This document shows positions 21,301 to 27,300 of a stretch of 64,000 nt of DNA, one piece after another. The position numbers and the translations under genes are program-made. Position 1 is the stretch's first letter; every line of letters begins with the position of its first letter. A model generated the notes under the pieces. The model worked only from the letters and a program-made list of their open reading frames with translations, was not told the origin of the DNA and made no database searches. Source of the stretch: Candidatus Multivoradales bacterium (GTDB taxonomy: Bacteria > Acidobacteriota > Thermoanaerobaculia > Multivoradales > J023); the NCBI GenBank assembly GCA_965248925.1, contig CBDFLE010000005.1, positions 1,504,001-1,568,000 of the forward strand. The letters are read 5' to 3'.

Positions 21301-24300
21301 CGCCGCCAAGGGCTCGAGCGATGCGGTCTTCTCCTGCTCCACCTCCGGCGCGGTATCGAGGCAGATCACCTTGCCAGAGAAGGCCGGCAGCTCGCTAGCC
21401 ACCGCTGTCTCACTCAACACGATCTCGACTCCCGAGTCCTCCAACATCAGCCCTAGCCGCGTCGCCGGATAGGCCAAGTCGAGCGGCACATAGGCGCCGC
21501 CGGCCTTCAAGATCGCCAACATGGCGACGATCATCCGCGGCGAACGAGCCGCGTACAGACCCACTAGGGTGCCGGCCTCGACACCACGGCGGCGCAAGTA
21601 GCGGGCCAGCTGGTTGGCCGCGCCGTCCAACGCGCCATAGCTCAAGAACTGATCCTCGTAGGCCACCGCCACCGCCTGCGGGTGGGCTAAGGCCTGCACC
21701 GCAAACAACTCCGGCAGCGACGCTTCGCGCGGATAGACGGTAGCCGTGTCCGACCATGCGACCAACTGCGCCTGCTCACTCGCCGGCAACAACGGCAGCT
21801 GCCACAGCTGCCGCTCCGGATCCGAGACCACCCCATCTAGCAACACCCGCAGATGGCCCGCCAGACGCTGAATCGTCACCTCGTCGAAGAGATCGACGTT
21901 GTACTCCAAGCCGCCGCTGAGCCCCTCTTGGCCTTCCTCTAGGTTGAGGCTCAGGTCCCACTTCGAGGTTTTCCAGGCGAATTCGACCGGGTAGGTCTGC
22001 AAACCCGGTATCGCCGCCGTCCGCAGAATGCTCCGGTGCAGGCTGAAAGCTACCTGGAACAGCGGCGAGTAACTCAGGCTGCGCTGCGGAGCCAGCTCGT
22101 CGACCAGCCGCTCGAAAGGCAGATCTTGATGGTTCAATGCCCCCAACGTAGCTTCTCGAACCCCCGCCAACAGCTGTCGGAAGCCGAGCTCGTCGGCCAC
22201 CTCGGTGCGCACCACCAGGGTGTTGACGAAGAAACCGATCAGGCCTTCGAGCTGCGAACGGTGGCGGCCGGAAACCGGCGTGCCGACGCAGATATCGCGC
22301 TGACTCGTGTAGCGCATCAGAAGCGTCATGAAGGCGCCCAGGAGCACCATGTAGAGAGTCGCTCCCTGAGTCTGGCCGAGGGATTCAAGAGCTTCGCTCA
22401 GCGCCTGCGGCAGGCGCAGATCCAACACAGCGCCGCGCTGACTCAGAACTGCGGGCCGCGCGCGATCCGTCGGCAGCTCCAACAGCGGCGGCGCGCCGGC
22501 CAGACGCTGGCGCCAATAGGCGAGCTGGGCAGCGCCCAGATCTCCTTCTTCTAACCAGCGCTGCTGCCAGGCGGAGTAGTCCACATATTGCACCGGCAGT
22601 TCCGCCAGCGGCGAGGCTTTCCCCGCCGAATAGGCGGTGTGCAACGCGGCCAGCTCGCGCATCAACACTTCCTGCGACCAACCATCGCTGATGATGTGGT
22701 GCGTGGTCAGCATCAAAATGTGGTCGTCCGGAGCCAGGCGCAGCAGCAGAACTCGGAACAGCGGACCGGTGCTCAGAGTGAAGGGGCGGCCAGATTCTTC
22801 TTCGACCCAGCGGTCCGCTACCCCTCGCCGCCAAGCCGCCGGCAAGGCGCTCAGATCGACCACCGGCAGCCGCCAGTGGCCGGCGGCGGCGATCACTTGC
22901 CGCGGCAGGCCGCCCGACGCTTCGAAACGGGTGCGCAGCACCTCGTGCCGGCGCACGATCTCAGCCAGGGCCTGCTCCACCGGCGCCAGATCAGAGTGCC
23001 CCGCGATGCCCAGCACTAGCGGCACGTTATAAGCCGAGCTGTGCGGATTCATCTGGTCGATGAACCACAGCCGCCGTTGGGCGAAGGACAGCGCCAGCGG
23101 CTCGCCATTGCGGGCTAGACGCGCGAGCGGCAGGCTAGCGTCATGGGCTTCCAGGAGTGCCGCATCGATCGTCTGCGCTAGGCCGCGGGCGGTCGGGGTC
23201 TCGAATAGGGCGCGCAGCGGCACTTCGACCTTGAACGCCTCGCGCAACCGTGAACGCAGTTGCACTGCCAACAACGAGTGACCACCGAGGGCGAAGAAGT
23301 CGCCATCGATATCAGGGCACTCGACGCCAAGGACACGGGAGAAACACTTCAGCACCAACTCTTCAGTTCCGCTCCGCGGAGCCGCCGATCCTTGGTCAGC
23401 AGACCTACGTTGATCCGGCTCCGGCAGCGCCTGCCGATCTACCTTACCGTTGGCGGTTAACGGCAACTCGGTCAGGAAAACGAATTCTGCGGGCACCATG
23501 TACTCGGGTAGCTTCAACAGAGCCAACTTGCGCAGCTCCACCACCGCCGGCGGCGGTGCCGCGCTACTCACTACATATGCCACCAAACGCCGGTCCCCGG
23601 GAGATTCGCGCGCCAGCACCAACACTTGGTCGACGTCGGCCTGTTCGCCCAGTACTTTTTCGATCTCGCCCAATTCGACGCGGAAACCATGGATCTTGAC
23701 TTGATAGTCGACCCGGTCGAGGAATTCGATGCTGCCATCTACTCGATACCGGCCCAGATCCCCGGTCCGGTACAGTCGTGCTCCCGCCGTCGCCGCAAAA
23801 CGGTCGGGCATGAACGCAGCAGCAGTGCGAGCGCTTTCACCGAGGTAGCCGCGCCCCACCCCGACCCCGCCGACACAAAGTTCCCCGGCGGCTCCCAGGG
23901 GTTGCGGCTCAAGCCAGCGATCGAGTACATAGAGACGCAACTTGGCTAGCGGCCGGCCGATCGGCACACCCGCCGCGCCGAACTCTCGCGGCTCGCGAAT
24001 GAGCTGATGGGTCACGTCGTCGGAGCACTCGGTTGGACCGTAAGCGTTGACCAGCGGAATATCTGGGAAAGTCTCCAGCCAGCGCTGACAGAGGCCCGGC
24101 GGCAGAGCCTCGCCGGTGGGTATCAACCAGCGCAAACGACTCAGCCGGCTAGCCGTGGTGGAGGCCTGCAACTCGCCGAGCAAGACCTGCAATAACGAGG
24201 GTACGGTCTCGAAAATCGTGATCTGTTCTACTTCGAGCTGTTCGATCAACAAACCCGCATCATGAGTGATCCGATCGCCAAATATCGCCACCCGTCCGCC

Positions 24301-27300
24301 GACTAACAGCGGAGCAAAGAACTGCCAGACCGAGATGTCGAAGCACTGGCTGGCGGTCTGCGCCACTGCATCGCCCGCCGTCAAGGTCAGGTCTTCGATC
24401 TTGTTGAAAAGGTGGTTGACCATGCCCCGCTGTTCGACCATCGCTCCCTTCGGTACTCCGGTCGAGCCCGAAGTGAAGATCACATAAGCGAGATCGCTGA
24501 GGCTGCTCTTCCGCCGCATTTTGCTAGCGGCTGATTCTTCGGCCAGCAGGCTCTCGAGACCCTGAAGCTGTGGTGCCCCGACCACCGCATCGTCTGCCAG
24601 TGCTTCACGCAGAGACGGCAAGTAACGGTCACTGGCAAGAACCAGCGGCGCAGCGCTGGAATCAAGGATCAGTCGTTGCCGAGCCACCGGGTGGTGAGGA
24701 TCGAGAGGTAGGTAGGCAGCACCGGCCTTGAAGACAGCCAGAATCGCGGTGAGTAAGTCGAGACCGCGATCGGCCAGCAGGGCCACCACGACGTTGGCAG
24801 CTACCCCGCGTAGGACCAGCGCTCTCGCCAACCGATCGGCCCGCTGATCGAGCTGGCGATAGCTCAGTCGATCGCCGCCGCAGCTGGCGGCTACCGCCAT
24901 CGGTGTGCGCTCGACCTGAGCCGCGAAGAGATCGGCCAGGCAGCGGGGTTGAGGGAATTGCTCGCTGCTATCGTTCCACTCGGCGAGCAATTGATGGCGC
25001 TCAGCAGCTGAAATCAATGGCAGTTCGCGGAGCAGCTGCTGGGGATCCTCCACCACCGCACCGAGAAGACGCTGAAAATGGCTCAGTAAACGGCGAACGG
25101 TGACCTCGTCGAACAGGTCCGAGTTGAATTCCACCTCCGCGCTGAGCCCTTCTTCGGCGCTGCCCATGAACAACGTAAGATCGAACTTCGCGGTGCCGTT
25201 GGCGACCTCGAGAGGCGCCATCTCGATCCCCGGCAGCCGGCCGGCAACCTGCGGCACGTCGTCCGCGAACATGACCTGGAAGAGGGGCGAATGGCTCAGA
25301 CTGCGCTGCGGTTGCAGCTCTTCTACCAACACCTCGAAAGGCATATCCTGGTAGGTGTAGGCATCTAGAACGACCTGCCGCGAACGCTCGATCAAGTCGC
25401 CGAAAGTCGATTCGCCGTGCAACTGCGACCGCAGCACCAGAGTGTTGGCGAAGAAACCGATCATGTTTTCGCTCTCCACCCGCTGGCGCCCGGCGATCGG
25501 CGTACCGACACAGATATCCTGCTGCCCAGTGTGGCGGTGGAGCAGAGCGTTGAAGGCCGCCGACAGCAGCATGAAACGAGTCACGGAGCGCTGCCTGCAC
25601 AGTGCTTTCAGATCTTGCCGTAGAGACTGCGAAAGGTTTATTCGCAAGTGCCCGCCGCGGAAACTTTGCGTCGCCGGACGAGGTCGATCGGTAGCCAGCT
25701 CGAGGACGTTCGGAGCGCCGGCGAGCTGCTGTCGCCAATAGGAAAGATGCTGCTCGAGCACTTCGCCGCGGAGCCATCCGCGCTGCCAATGTGCATAGTC
25801 CGGATACTGGATGGCAAGGGGCAGGAGTGGGGACGGCCGACCCGCAATAAGGGCTCCGTACAAGGCGGTCAGCTCTTCGATCAACACCCCGACCGACCAG
25901 CCATCGCTGACGATGTGGTGCAGGGTGAGGAGAAATGCGTATTCCTCGTCCCGCAGACGCAGCAGGGTCGCCCGGAAAAGCGGACCGGTGGTCAGATCGA
26001 ACGAAGTTCGAGCCTCCTCGACCACCCGGCGCTCAATTTCGAGTTGGCCAGCCACCGTTGCCAGCGACCGCAAGTCCACCTGGTCGAGGCGCATCGGCAG
26101 GTCGTCGTGAACCACCTGTCGCGGACTGCCGTCGGTGGATTCAAAAGTCGTGCGCAATGCTTCGTGCCGCGCCACCACTTCCTGGAGAGCCTGCCGCAGG
26201 GGTGCCTCTTGCAAGCGACCGTAGAGACGCACCGCGGTGCTGATGTTGTAGGCCGGGTTGTCTGGTTCGAGTTCGGCAAGAAACCACAGGCGCTGTTGAT
26301 TGAACGATAGAACCAGGCTCTGGTCGCGGGCCACTGGTGCAAGCTCGGGCTGGGCCAGGTGCCGCCCATGAGCCTGGGCCTCCTCGACCATCTTGGCGAA
26401 ACCAGCCACCGTCGGTTGTTCGAACAGGGTTTGCAGCGGCAGTTCGACCCTGAACTTCTCCTGCACCCGGGAAATAGCTCGACTGGCTAGCAGGGAGTGA
26501 CCGCCCAGCGCGAAAAAATTGTCGTGAATCCCCACCCGCTCGGCCCGCAGAAGTTCACTCCAGAGGCCGGCCAAGAGTTCTTCCAGCGGGGTGCGGGGAG
26601 CCGCCGAAGATTCTTCTTCAACGTTCCACTGCGGCTTTGGCAGAGCGGCTCGATGGACCTTGCCGTTAGGTTGCAGCGGCAGCCCCGCAATCTCCACAAA
26701 AGCCACCGGCACCATGTAAGCCGGCAGCTTGGTCTCAAGGAACTCGCGCAGCACGGCACGGCTGAGCGCCGGCTCAGCGGTCGGCACCACATAGGCCACA
26801 AGTCGGGCATTCGCCGGTATTTCATTGTCGGCGATGACGACCGCGTCCTGTACCTGCGGATGCTGCCGCAGCACCACTTCGATCTCTCCCAACTCGATGC
26901 GGAAGCCACGCAACTTCACTTGCTGATCGGTACGGCCGAGGAAGACCAAATGGCCATCGGGGAGGTAGCGCACCATGTCGCCACTGCGATAGAGGCGCGC
27001 CCCAGGCAGCGTGGAAAAGGGATCGGGAACAAATGCCTCGGCGCTCAATGCAGGCCGACGGAGATAGCCACGGGCGAGCTGTACACTGCTGACATGAAGT
27101 TCACCTGCCATGCCAGTCGGCACCAGGCCAAGTTCTCGGTCGAGAACGCAACATCGGGTATTCTCGAGCGGCCGGCCAATCGGTACCTCGGGCAACCTAC
27201 CGCGATCCTCCGCGGAGATCGCCTGCAAATCGATCCTGGTCACTACGACGGTGGTCTCAGTGGGCCCATAAGTATTGAACGTCGGGCCGCGGGTCGCCGC

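Noticed and set aside
13874-23205. Long repeats as a mobile element or CRISPR array
   Set aside because: They are in-frame NRPS modules. No transposase, terminal repeats or spacer structure were seen anywhere in the window.
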